IMG/VR virus record: IMGVR_UViG_3300038379_000086 | Location: 1 to 33,431 of that record | Length of the DNA: 33,431 bases | Strand: one strand, 5' to 3' | DNA from: a virus | Taxonomy: Duplodnaviria; Caudoviricetes | In this document: positions 17,939 to 25,956 of the stretch, piece after piece | How the letters are laid out: each line of letters begins with the position of its first letter | Position numbering within the stretch: position 1 is the stretch's first letter | Position numbers and translations under genes: made by a program | The notes under the pieces: generated by a model | The model's input: the letters and a program-made list of their open reading frames with translations, nothing else | Database searches by the model: none | What the model was told of the DNA's origin: nothing

Positions 17939-18231
17939 TCCGCGTCTTGCCCTCTTATCACCGCATCAATCGCCGCTTGCGGCGTTTCATAGACACCTGC
18001 CTCGTACAATCTTTTCGCACGTGCTATACTTCGTTCTGAAAACCAATCAATACAGGCGGCACACTTTGGGGACATAAAAAACGCACGGTAAGCAGAGAAC
18101 AGCGTTCGCCAAGCACGCGGTCGGTTACGTTCGAGCAATTCATCATTCTCGGCTACAATAATGCGCTCGCGACGTTTGCAACACATCATTTCAAGCTTCG
18201 AAACTCTCGCACTTAACGAGCGTAAACTCAT
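17935..18231 (-). CDS. Hypothetical protein (98 aa) inserted between adaptor and nozzle genes
   Basis: ATG at 18231 overlaps the upstream TGA and the stop overlaps the downstream ATG; visibly more AT-rich than the flanks. Confidence 0.5.
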   Translation of the reverse strand: MSLRSLSARVSKLEMMCCKRRERIIVAENDELLERNRPRAWRTLFSAYRAFFMSPKCAACIDWFSERSIARAKRLYEAGVYETPQAAIDAVIRGQDAE

Positions 18232-18899
18232 GTGACCGTCACCCCGACCGCGCGCGAGACCATGGCAGTGCCGGAATGCGCTCGCTTCTCGGCCATGATC
18301 AAGCCCTTCAGGCCTGTGATGAAGCCGGCCTGCCACATGCCGAGGAGGTTCGGTGCCGCGTCGATAAACGGCGCTAAGTGACGCAAGGCCCCGTATAAAT
18401 AGACGTTCGGCGCACGCGTCATGAGCCAGTTCGTCGAGTTTGCAACAAGACCAGGGACGCTTGCGTAGTAGATCAGCCGCAACGTATCCGATGCGCTTGC
18501 GCCGGGACCCACACGGATCTGCGCGCCAACGATGGAATAGGCAATCGGCGGCCCGCTTTCCGTCGAACCGTAAAGGCTGTCGTAGGTGTGCGGCGGCGTA
18601 TACGAGAGCGGCATCCAATCGGCTTGCGAGGAAAGCCACACCTCGCGCATCTCCAGGAAATCGGTCGGGAGCGTGTTGAACTCGCCTGACAGCACAAACG
18701 CTGAATTGACCGTTTCCATGCTCTTGACGCGCAGTGGCGGCGCAATCTCGAAGCCGGTCGTGGCGTCATAAACGCCATTCTGGATGTCCGCCTCGGCCAT
18801 CGTGATGCAATCGTCCACACGCGACGTACTCAAGTCGGTACGGTCGCCGGCCCAGTCCTTCAGCGCGCTTTCGAGGTCTGTCAGGTTCGCAAGCGCCAT
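18228..18899 (-). CDS. Head-tail adaptor / tail tubular protein A
   Basis: LPTDFLEMR, GPPIAYSI, IYYA, TNWLMTRAPNVYLYGAL motifs typical of podoviral adaptors. Confidence 0.8.
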   Translation of the reverse strand: MALANLTDLESALKDWAGDRTDLSTSRVDDCITMAEADIQNGVYDATTGFEIAPPLRVKSMETVNSAFVLSGEFNTLPTDFLEMREVWLSSQADWMPLSYTPPHTYDSLYGSTESGPPIAYSIVGAQIRVGPGASASDTLRLIYYASVPGLVANSTNWLMTRAPNVYLYGALRHLAPFIDAAPNLLGMWQAGFITGLKGLIMAEKRAHSGTAMVSRAVGVTVT

Positions 18900-19243
18900 C
18901 AGGTCGCTTCCTTGAAGTCAACGCGCCCAGGTGCCGTGCGCAGCCAAGCCCACTCAGGATCGTTCAGCAGCCGTGTCAGCAGCCGCTCCTGCCCGCGCGA
19001 AAGCGGATCGACGCCGTAGATAGCCTTCCACATCTCGACAACGCCGATAGGGATCGAGGCAACGCGGCGCAAATCGCGCGACGGCGAGTAACCGTCACCG
19101 CTTGCTGCAAGCCGTTTGTTGCTATCGAGAACCGGTTCAACGTCGTGACATGTGCGCTTCAGGATGAATTTTCCGTCCGCGTCAACGCCGACGAAATCCT
19201 CGATGCCGTTCGCGTCGATGCCGGTCGAAACGAGCTGCGTCAT
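18899..19243 (-). CDS. Conserved phage head-region protein
   Basis: DVEPVLDSNK...RRVASIP...LLNDPEWAWLRT. Confidence 0.75.
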   Translation of the reverse strand: MTQLVSTGIDANGIEDFVGVDADGKFILKRTCHDVEPVLDSNKRLAASGDGYSPSRDLRRVASIPIGVVEMWKAIYGVDPLSRGQERLLTRLLNDPEWAWLRTAPGRVDFKEAT

Positions 19244-19548
19244 CAGCCAACCTCGATCGGCGTGATCTGGATGATTGATGCCGATGTTTCCTGGATGTAG
19301 GCGATGTGTGTGAACGCCTGCACATTCAGGTAGATGCTCTCGGCAGCGATGATCAGAATGCCGTTGGACGCCGCAACCGTCGTGCCGGTCTGCACAGGAC
19401 GAATGTAGGCGTTGCCCTTCGACGTAATGCGCACGAACCGCGCTTTATTGCCGTCCGCGGCGTTCGGAATGGCAACCTCGGCCGATGCCGCGCCGCTTGT
19501 AACTTGTGCGCTGGCCGCGCCAACGGTCAGGAAGTCATTTGCAAGCAT
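19243..19548 (-). CDS. Small beta-rich protein, possible minor virion protein
   Basis: 101 aa; RBS AAGGGA. Confidence 0.7.
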   Translation of the reverse strand: MLANDFLTVGAASAQVTSGAASAEVAIPNAADGNKARFVRITSKGNAYIRPVQTGTTVAASNGILIIAAESIYLNVQAFTHIAYIQETSASIIQITPIEVG

Positions 19549-19562
19549 TTCATGTCCCTTTG

Positions 19563-19601
19563 AAAAAGAAAGGGGCGCGCGCCCGTTCAGAGGCGCGCCC
19601 C
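19563..19601 (-). terminator. Rho-independent terminator after the capsid and decoration genes
   Basis: Minus strand GGGGCGCGC-loop-GCGCGCCCC followed by TTTCTTTTT. Confidence 0.75.
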
Positions 19602-19641
19602 AAGTTGGCCCACCGGAGGATGGTGCGTGGGCTACGGGAGA

Positions 19642-20073
19642 CTACTTGAGGCAAAGGGCGACAGTCACCGCGCCCGTTGCCGATGTGAGTGTTCCGGTGA
19701 AGTCAATCGCAAGAGCCGCTCCCGCCGCCACGTCCAAGTCCGTTGACGCTGTAGACAACGTCAACGTTTGGTTTGTATCTGCGGTGCCCTTCAGATTGAA
19801 CGTACCGGAGTGCAGCGCCGTGCCGGACGTAATGGCCGTGCCTGACGCAACCTTGCGCAATGTCGCTGTTACTGAACCGCCATCGGTACCAGCCACAGTG
19901 ACGCGGCCAGTGATGCCGACAACGCGCAATGCGCGCGGCGCAACAAGAAAAGTCTTGTCGACCGACGAAGCGTTATACTCCGCCGTCGCGAAGACGAACG
20001 GACCGTCGCCGCTGTCTTCACCGACAAGACCCATGTAGCCGTCATCTTCCTGACGAATATTGACGTTTCCCAT
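19642..20073 (-). CDS. Putative capsid decoration / minor capsid protein
   Basis: Start ATG 20073 with strong RBS AAAGGAGG; Thr/Ala/Gly-rich beta protein directly after the capsid gene and before a terminator. Confidence 0.7.
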   Translation of the reverse strand: MGNVNIRQEDDGYMGLVGEDSGDGPFVFATAEYNASSVDKTFLVAPRALRVVGITGRVTVAGTDGGSVTATLRKVASGTAITSGTALHSGTFNLKGTADTNQTLTLSTASTDLDVAAGAALAIDFTGTLTSATGAVTVALCLK

Positions 20074-20098
20074 GAGGGAACCCTCCTTTCTCGTCAGA

Positions 20099-20902
20099 TT
20101 ACGACGTGGTAAGCGAGCGGATCGCCGTCGAAGACGCTTCGTTCTTGCACACAAGCGTGTACTCAACCGTAAGCAGCTTCTTGTTGCTGTCGCCGGTCTT
20201 GCCGAGATCCGTCGGCGTGATCGGATCAAGATATGCCACCTGGAACATATCCATTTGCAACGCAAAGGCCGTGCGTTCCCGCTGGAAGCGGTTCGGCTTA
20301 ACCTTCAGGCTGCCCCAATCAGACACGTAGACATCGATCGCCGTTACCAGCTTCATCTCCTCCGCATCGCCCATGCGGGTTTGATTGCCGGTGAAAGCCG
20401 AAACGACGGTCTTGTTGAACGGCCCGACCATGATGCAGTCCGGCTCACCGCCTGAGGTGAAACAGTTCTGCAACCCGGTCTTCAGAAGGCTCTCAGTGAA
20501 AGCGCGCTGCGTGCCGTCCGAGATGACAACCCAGTTGCCGGACGAGAAGCCGCCGCCTGTGTCGCCGTTCACGACGTCGTTCGTCGTCAACATCGTCTCA
20601 AGACTGCCGAGCTTGCGCGCAGTCGTGGTATTGCCGGTCACCGACGCTTGGTTCTGCGTCATGATGGCTTCCATGTCGCGCTTCAGCTCTTTCGTCTTTT
20701 TGACGAGCTGATAGGCCATTTCAGTGCCGCGCCCGGCCTTGTTGATGATGTCTTCCGTGCGCGTGATGGTGAACGGCTTCGCGCTGATCTGACAGCGGTT
20801 GCCGATGCGTGTCGTCGGCGTGATTGCCGCCGCCGAGTAGTCGTCGCCTTCGAGTTGGGCATTCGACGTGCTGGCCGCAGCCAACGCATCAGTCTGCCAT
20901 TC
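20099..20902 (-). CDS. Major capsid protein, exon 2 (SU10-MCP/DUF5309-like)
   Basis: Begins GAA TGG CAG ACT GAT (EWQTDALAAA) right after the intron terminal G; NAQLEGDD, RIGNRCQI, KELKRDME, IDVYVSDWG, LGKTGDS motifs. Confidence 0.93.
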   Translation of the reverse strand, partial: EWQTDALAAASTSNAQLEGDDYSAAAITPTTRIGNRCQISAKPFTITRTEDIINKAGRGTEMAYQLVKKTKELKRDMEAIMTQNQASVTGNTTTARKLGSLETMLTTNDVVNGDTGGGFSSGNWVVISDGTQRAFTESLLKTGLQNCFTSGGEPDCIMVGPFNKTVVSAFTGNQTRMGDAEEMKLVTAIDVYVSDWGSLKVKPNRFQRERTAFALQMDMFQVAYLDPITPTDLGKTGDSNKKLLTVEYTLVCKNEASSTAIRSLTTS

Positions 20903-21780
20903 CTTTTTGTTACTTTCGCTTGCGCGAAGGATTGGACATTTCTGCCAACCTCAGCATCTTTCGATTGCTGTTCGGACTATATCATCAGCCGAAGACTTTA
21001 CTCGGCTGTCTGTCGTGTAGTCTCTGAGCTTAGCCTACGCGGATAACGCGACCGCTCGCTGTACGGCTCTGTTGCCGCCCAACGATCCACGCGGTCTTGC
21101 TTCCTACGAATGTTGAAATACGCGCCTGCGTCAACCCAACTCTGCATCTTGATGCGAAACCGCGTTGGCACCTTGTAGCTAGGCTTTCTAGGAATTTCCT
21201 GACTAATCTTGCCAACACGAATTCCAACTGATTGCAGAATTTGAATGAACTCAGGCACCCAAACGTCACACGATTTGAAGCCCATATAGAACGAGCGGCC
21301 GATTATCCCGCCAGTTTTGTGAGCAACAAACCCCTCACTGTCCATGAGACCAGCGATGAATGCCAGCTTCAGATCAGCGTCCCATGAATGAACATAGTCC
21401 GGTATCTTCTGCTTCTTTTCCGTGTCTCGTTGCAGCTTGGCGCATAGCGCCTCGTCACCGCACCGAAGACAGGTTTTTGGCTTTCCTCGCGGCTCAGGAT
21501 AAGTGCGGTACCACACGCTTTGCGTCGTCAGGCACCGAAACGCCGCCGCAACCGCCTCGATGAAATCGAGGTCAATCGCGCTTTGGGTATATCTCAACCT
21601 TCGATATTTCCCGTTGTCGTCGTACTCATCAACGCTACCGTCTCCGAGGTAGACGCCCAACAGGTATGCGTAGCTCTTAGCTGCTGATCGGCCAATCATC
21701 ACGATTTTTCCGCTGCGGGACGTGAAGCTCTAAGGCTATTCCAGCATATAGACAGATTTCAGTTCGTCAAATGGTGATCA
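20903..21780 (-). ncRNA. Group I self-splicing intron (878 nt) in the major capsid gene
   Basis: P1 GTTCGTT/GACGAAC with U-G at the 5' splice site; P10 CCATTT/GAATGG; P element ATGCTGGAA, Q GATCAGCAG, R TCAGAGACTACA, S GATATAGTCC; P3 TCTGTC/GACAGA; P7 GACTA/TAGTC; terminal G; splicing restores the frame. Confidence 0.95.
20998..21702 (-). CDS. Intron-encoded LAGLIDADG homing endonuclease (double motif)
   Basis: Motifs YLLGVYLGDG and AFIAGLMDSEG, with K.IPDY between them; lies wholly within the intron. Confidence 0.92.
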   Translation of the reverse strand: MMIGRSAAKSYAYLLGVYLGDGSVDEYDDNGKYRRLRYTQSAIDLDFIEAVAAAFRCLTTQSVWYRTYPEPRGKPKTCLRCGDEALCAKLQRDTEKKQKIPDYVHSWDADLKLAFIAGLMDSEGFVAHKTGGIIGRSFYMGFKSCDVWVPEFIQILQSVGIRVGKISQEIPRKPSYKVPTRFRIKMQSWVDAGAYFNIRRKQDRVDRWAATEPYSERSRYPRRLSSETTRQTAE

Positions 21781-21924
21781 AACGAACGTCGCCGTCGCCT
21801 TCGCCTTACCGATGCCAGACATGAAGGGCGTATCGGTTGGCGAGATATTCGCGATGTAGTCCAACAGCTGTTCGCGGTTGCCGATGCTGTCGAACGTGGT
21901 GAAAGCATTGGTAGGGATAGCCAT
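21781..21924 (-). CDS. Major capsid protein, exon 1 (48 codons)
   Basis: Not in the ORF track. MAIPTNAFTTFDSIGNREQLLDYIANISPTDTPFMSGIGKAKATATFV; starts 3 nt after the scaffold stop and meets an in-frame TGA at the intron start. Confidence 0.93.
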
Positions 21925-21927
21925 TTC

Positions 21928-22920
21928 TTACAGTCCTTGCAGTATCCTCGCCATGGCGTTCACCTGCTTATCGGTATTGCCACTGCGAAGAGCGGTTTTG
22001 AGGGATGCGTTGTCGAGCCCGTTTGGTGCCGACTTCTCGCCCTGCCCAGGTCTTGCAACCTTCGCAGGCGTCGCCTTATCGGCCTTGCCCTTTGCCTTTT
22101 CCAACGCCGCGATGGCCTTGCGACCTTCCACGGCATCCTTGAGCACCATGACCAAGCGGTGATCGGCCAGCCCATTCACTTCCGCATCTGAGAACCCGCG
22201 CTCTTTGGCGTAGTTGCTCAGATCGGAGCGAATTGCCGGACCTTTCGTTTGATCCACGAAGTCGGGCCACACTTTCGCCAGCGCTTCCGCCTCCTTGCCG
22301 AGATACTCGGCATGGCGCGCTTGCGCTTCGGCTTGCCGCTGATACTGAACCTGCGAGAGTTCGTTCAAGACAGAAGCCGCTTGCTGTTGGAACGCGGTGT
22401 ACCGCGCGGCAAGGGCTGGGTCTTTCTTTGAAACCTCGTAGAGATCGGCAGGCGACTTGATGGCCTTGAATTCGTCGGGGATCGACGCTTCCAGGTGCTT
22501 GGCGTGAGCGATTAATCGTTGCTCGTACGCGGTACGGTACTGATTGGCCCGTTCGGCTTCGGCTTCCGCCTTCTTCCGCACTTCGGCCGCTTCTTGAAGC
22601 TTGAGGTTGACGCCTTTTTCGCGCTCCGCCTCGCGCGAATTCAGGAATTCCTGAACGTTGCGAGGTAGCGTTCTGAACGTCTCCTTGGCTTCGGCATCCC
22701 ATGAGGTCGGGGGCTCGATGGCCGGCTCAGCCGGTTCGCGCTTGGCCTTTTCCTCTCCGCTGGCCGCCTTCTCAGGCGGTGCATCATCGTCCGAACCGGG
22801 ATCAGGCTCGTCCGAATTCCGTTCATCGTCGACAAGCGTGCCGCCCTGCAGAAGCCCTGCGAGCTTTGACACATCATCGCCTTCAACCGTGCCGGCTGGC
22901 ACGTCGTTCTTGTCTGTCAT
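21928..22920 (-). CDS. Capsid scaffolding protein
   Basis: Acidic N-terminus, EPPTSW..EAKETF..LP, long coiled coils, directly upstream of the capsid gene. Confidence 0.8.
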   Translation of the reverse strand: MTDKNDVPAGTVEGDDVSKLAGLLQGGTLVDDERNSDEPDPGSDDDAPPEKAASGEEKAKREPAEPAIEPPTSWDAEAKETFRTLPRNVQEFLNSREAEREKGVNLKLQEAAEVRKKAEAEAERANQYRTAYEQRLIAHAKHLEASIPDEFKAIKSPADLYEVSKKDPALAARYTAFQQQAASVLNELSQVQYQRQAEAQARHAEYLGKEAEALAKVWPDFVDQTKGPAIRSDLSNYAKERGFSDAEVNGLADHRLVMVLKDAVEGRKAIAALEKAKGKADKATPAKVARPGQGEKSAPNGLDNASLKTALRSGNTDKQVNAMARILQGL

Positions 22921-22933
22921 CTCAATCGACCTT

Positions 22934-23227
22934 TCAGATTATGCCGAGGATTTTCTTGCGCTCTCCGAGGTCGGAAAGCTGCTTAGAGGCCAGGCGCCCC
23001 GTCTCGGCGAAACTGCGGATGTAGTCCTCGTACAGATCCGCAATGCGGATCATGAGGTAGATGCGCTCACGGCCTTCCGTGTCACGCGGCGGTGAATTCT
23101 TCCACTCTTCCATGAATTTCTTACGGATCGCCGATCGCGCTTCGACCCAGAGCGGATTTTCGAGCAAAGCCTCGGCGTCATGACCACGCTTGCGCTCGCC
23201 TTCCAACTTGTCCTCGTCAGCGGCCAA
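22934..23227 (-). CDS. Conserved small head-region protein
   Basis: ERKRGHDAEALLENP...W.NS...D.EGRERIY. TTG start at 23227 is inferred from the GGAGG RBS. Confidence 0.75.
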   Translation of the reverse strand: MAADEDKLEGERKRGHDAEALLENPLWVEARSAIRKKFMEEWKNSPPRDTEGRERIYLMIRIADLYEDYIRSFAETGRLASKQLSDLGERKKILGII

Positions 23228-24776
23228 ACAATGCCTCCAATGCCGCCATGAGCAAGATGCGCTCTTCCTCGATTTCACGCCTGCGGCGTTTCACGTGAAA
23301 CTCTTCAGCCATGTGCTGCGCTTCCAAGAGTTGCTCGTCTTGCCACTCTTGGAACACCCGCTCCGCCGTCTCAACGTAGAGGCGGCGCGCTTCCTCTTCC
23401 TGCTTGCGCCGCTCAAGTTCGGCCGCCGCTTCCTCGCCAATTGCGGCAAAGAATGCGGATAGATCGGCGCGTACAGGCCGGACAACCGGCTTCGGTGCCT
23501 CGGCTTGCGGCTCAAGTAGTGCACGCGCGAGAAGAGCGGCGGGACGGCGGCTGCGAATGGGGGAAACACTAGCCGCCGCCCCTGCCTCTGCATCGTCCTC
23601 ACCGCGGGGATCATCAGCGGGGTCGAGAGGTGGCGATGCAGTTCTGTCTTTGCGCCGCTTCAAGCGCTTGATTTTGCGCTTGCTGAACGGCGGCACCTTG
23701 CCGGCTGTAGGTGCAGCTACTTCCGGCGTGTCTTCAAGCGGCGAGCCGGTAAACCCGTCCGCGTATGCCTGCGGATATTCGTCCTCCAGGTCGTCATCGA
23801 CCGGGAACGAGACCGCATTGATGTCGTCATTCGCGCCGGGCGCATTCTCAAGAGGCGCGCCGAACCAGCCATTCGTGACCGGCTCATCGTCGTCGAACAC
23901 CTCGCCGAGCAGACGACCGAGAATGTCATCGTTCGGCGTTTCCTCGAGCGGTTCACTGAACCACCCCTCGGAAACAGGATCGTCATCGTCGTAAACTTCG
24001 CCGAGAAGCTGCCCAAGGATTGCATCCTCTGGCGTTTCCTCAATCGGTGAAGCAAACGAGCCGTCCGTGACGAGCTCATCGTCGTCGTAAATCTGGCCGC
24101 TTTCCTGCGGCCCGACGTCATCGACTGCTGCGCCTGGCGCGTCTTCGATCGGCCACGCAAACGAGCCGTCGGTAACCGGCTCGTCCTCGTCGACGTGATC
24201 GTTATTCGACGTATCTGCCGTCGTTTCGCCGGTTTCGTCGCTCGGAAACGCGGTTGGCGTCGCCGTAACGAACTCAACGATAGGTTCGTCATCGTCGAAC
24301 ACCTCGCCAAGCAGCTTGCTTAGCGGTGCATTCTCCTCGAAGTCGGGCGGGGAACTGAATGTCCCGTCAGTTACCGGCTCGTCTTCGTCAACCCAGTCGT
24401 TGTTCGAGACTTGGCCGCGCGTTTCGCCTGTTTCGTCGGCGATGTCCTTCGGCGGGGCTTGCGCCCAGTCAGGAGTCCATTCGTCTTTGTCTATGATCCA
24501 GACCGGATCGTCGAACACCTTGTTGGCCGGCGTCGTGTCAACCGGCGTGTCTTCAAGCGGCGATGCCGTCACGCCTTCGTACAGTAGTCCGGCATCTTCG
24601 ATTTCATCGCCATAGGACGCATCGGCAAATGCCGATGTCATTTGAACCGGTATGGTTTCCTCTGTGGCCGCCGGATCTTCGAGCGGCAGCGTATCGTCAA
24701 CCGTCTCATGGAAATTGTAGAGGTGAGCCCAGAACTCGCCGAGAAATCTTCCGAAGATGTTTCCGACGGTCGCCAT
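23217..24776 (-). CDS. Very acidic repeat-containing protein, function unknown
   Basis: 519 aa; repeated (GEV/GQI)(F/Y)DDDEPVTDGxFxxPLExxP units, then a basic patch and a C-terminal coiled coil. Confidence 0.8.
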   Translation of the reverse strand: MATVGNIFGRFLGEFWAHLYNFHETVDDTLPLEDPAATEETIPVQMTSAFADASYGDEIEDAGLLYEGVTASPLEDTPVDTTPANKVFDDPVWIIDKDEWTPDWAQAPPKDIADETGETRGQVSNNDWVDEDEPVTDGTFSSPPDFEENAPLSKLLGEVFDDDEPIVEFVTATPTAFPSDETGETTADTSNNDHVDEDEPVTDGSFAWPIEDAPGAAVDDVGPQESGQIYDDDELVTDGSFASPIEETPEDAILGQLLGEVYDDDDPVSEGWFSEPLEETPNDDILGRLLGEVFDDDEPVTNGWFGAPLENAPGANDDINAVSFPVDDDLEDEYPQAYADGFTGSPLEDTPEVAAPTAGKVPPFSKRKIKRLKRRKDRTASPPLDPADDPRGEDDAEAGAAASVSPIRSRRPAALLARALLEPQAEAPKPVVRPVRADLSAFFAAIGEEAAAELERRKQEEEARRLYVETAERVFQEWQDEQLLEAQHMAEEFHVKRRRREIEEERILLMAALEALFGR

Positions 24777-24780
24777 CGGA

Positions 24781-25950
24781 TCAGCCGTCCACGGTCGTGA
24801 AAGTACCGCGCCAATCCGTTACGCCGGTCGAGCTTGCCGGGCTTGGCATAATAAGAGCTAGACACGCGTCGTCGAAGATGCGCACCAAATTATGCGTCTG
24901 CAGCCAATGAAACGGCCAAACGAAGTTCGCTATCGGAACTGGCATCCAAGCGATGGGATGGCCAATCACGAAATTAGGCGAACCCGTCACCGACGCCGAG
25001 CATTGCATCTGCTCCAAGTCTTTGATGCCCGTGTCGCCGCTCGCGAGCGGCGCAAACCATTGCCCAGCCGGATGGTCGTAGTCACCGACGGTATCGCTGT
25101 CAGTGTTTCCGGCGAGGGATGGTAGCGTCGCGCCTGTATTGCCGGACTGATCTTCGTAAAGGCACACCGTCCAATTGTGAGCAACGGCTCCCATAGTTGC
25201 GGCGACTTCGACGAATAGGAAATTGCCCTCTGCGCTGTCCTGCGCGCCCTGTGTTGTAGACTGATAGCGCGTGGGGACACCGGTGACCGCTTCCGTCGCG
25301 GTCGACGATGCTGTTTTGGCAACGTGAAACAAACGATCATAAAGCAATAGCGTGTTCGGCTGCGTCGCCACCAATGACGCACGAACGAAGTGCCGCGTAT
25401 CGCCGGCAAGCGGATTTTCAAACCTGAAGGCTCCAGTCGTTGTTCGGGTTGGGGCGTTCCCGCCTGGCGCTGCTGGTGCACTAACCGCTCCGGCCGGTGG
25501 CAATGCGCCCAAGGCCCAAAGCGAAACAGAACGCTGCGCTTTGGGATCCGTACTGTTCTTCAAAAACGGAAAGACCAGCTCCTTTCCGTGCTCACTTTCC
25601 GACACAAGATCAGCGAGCCCAGAAAACCCTGTCCCCATAACCAATTGCGCGCGCTTAGGTGCGCGCCGCCAGATGCGACGCAACCGGGCCGCGCCATCGG
25701 CCAGCCAATCCTGAAGTGTGGCCTCGTAACCCGCGCGCAAGACGCCGCGAAAATCCCCGCCCTTGTGGATATAGACCGCACCCGGCACACCGCTGACCGC
25801 TATCGGCGGGCCATACCAGTCGCGCATGTTCTGTGAAAGATGCTCGGTCGTTTCCCTTCCGAGCCAGCGTTCAAGCCGCGAGGCGTTGACCGAGCGTCCC
25901 CCGACATGAACGCCGGAATGCTGAACCGTCCGCCCCTTGATGATCTGCAT
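24781..25950 (-). CDS. Hypothetical protein, paralog B of a tandem pair
   Basis: 389 aa, colinear and highly similar to 25957-27111. Confidence 0.85.
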   Translation of the reverse strand: MQIIKGRTVQHSGVHVGGRSVNASRLERWLGRETTEHLSQNMRDWYGPPIAVSGVPGAVYIHKGGDFRGVLRAGYEATLQDWLADGAARLRRIWRRAPKRAQLVMGTGFSGLADLVSESEHGKELVFPFLKNSTDPKAQRSVSLWALGALPPAGAVSAPAAPGGNAPTRTTTGAFRFENPLAGDTRHFVRASLVATQPNTLLLYDRLFHVAKTASSTATEAVTGVPTRYQSTTQGAQDSAEGNFLFVEVAATMGAVAHNWTVCLYEDQSGNTGATLPSLAGNTDSDTVGDYDHPAGQWFAPLASGDTGIKDLEQMQCSASVTGSPNFVIGHPIAWMPVPIANFVWPFHWLQTHNLVRIFDDACLALIMPSPASSTGVTDWRGTFTTVDG

Positions 25951-25956
25951 CAGACA

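Noticed and set aside
18232-18639. N-terminal extension of the 17935-18639 track ORF
   Set aside because: It overlaps the adaptor gene in another frame; only the part from ATG 18231 is plausible
19642-20265. T7 10A/10B-like frameshift fusion of capsid to the downstream gene
   Set aside because: The alternative frame is open, but I see no slippery sequence and the downstream gene has its own strong RBS and ATG at 20073
20099-20884. Capsid as a stand-alone 261-aa ORF, or as a pseudogene
   Set aside because: The conserved N-terminus is encoded at 21781-21924 and splicing restores an intact 315-aa frame
20998-21702. Intein or free-standing endonuclease interpretation
   Set aside because: In-frame stops separate it from both capsid exons, there are no intein splice residues, and complete group I RNA elements surround it
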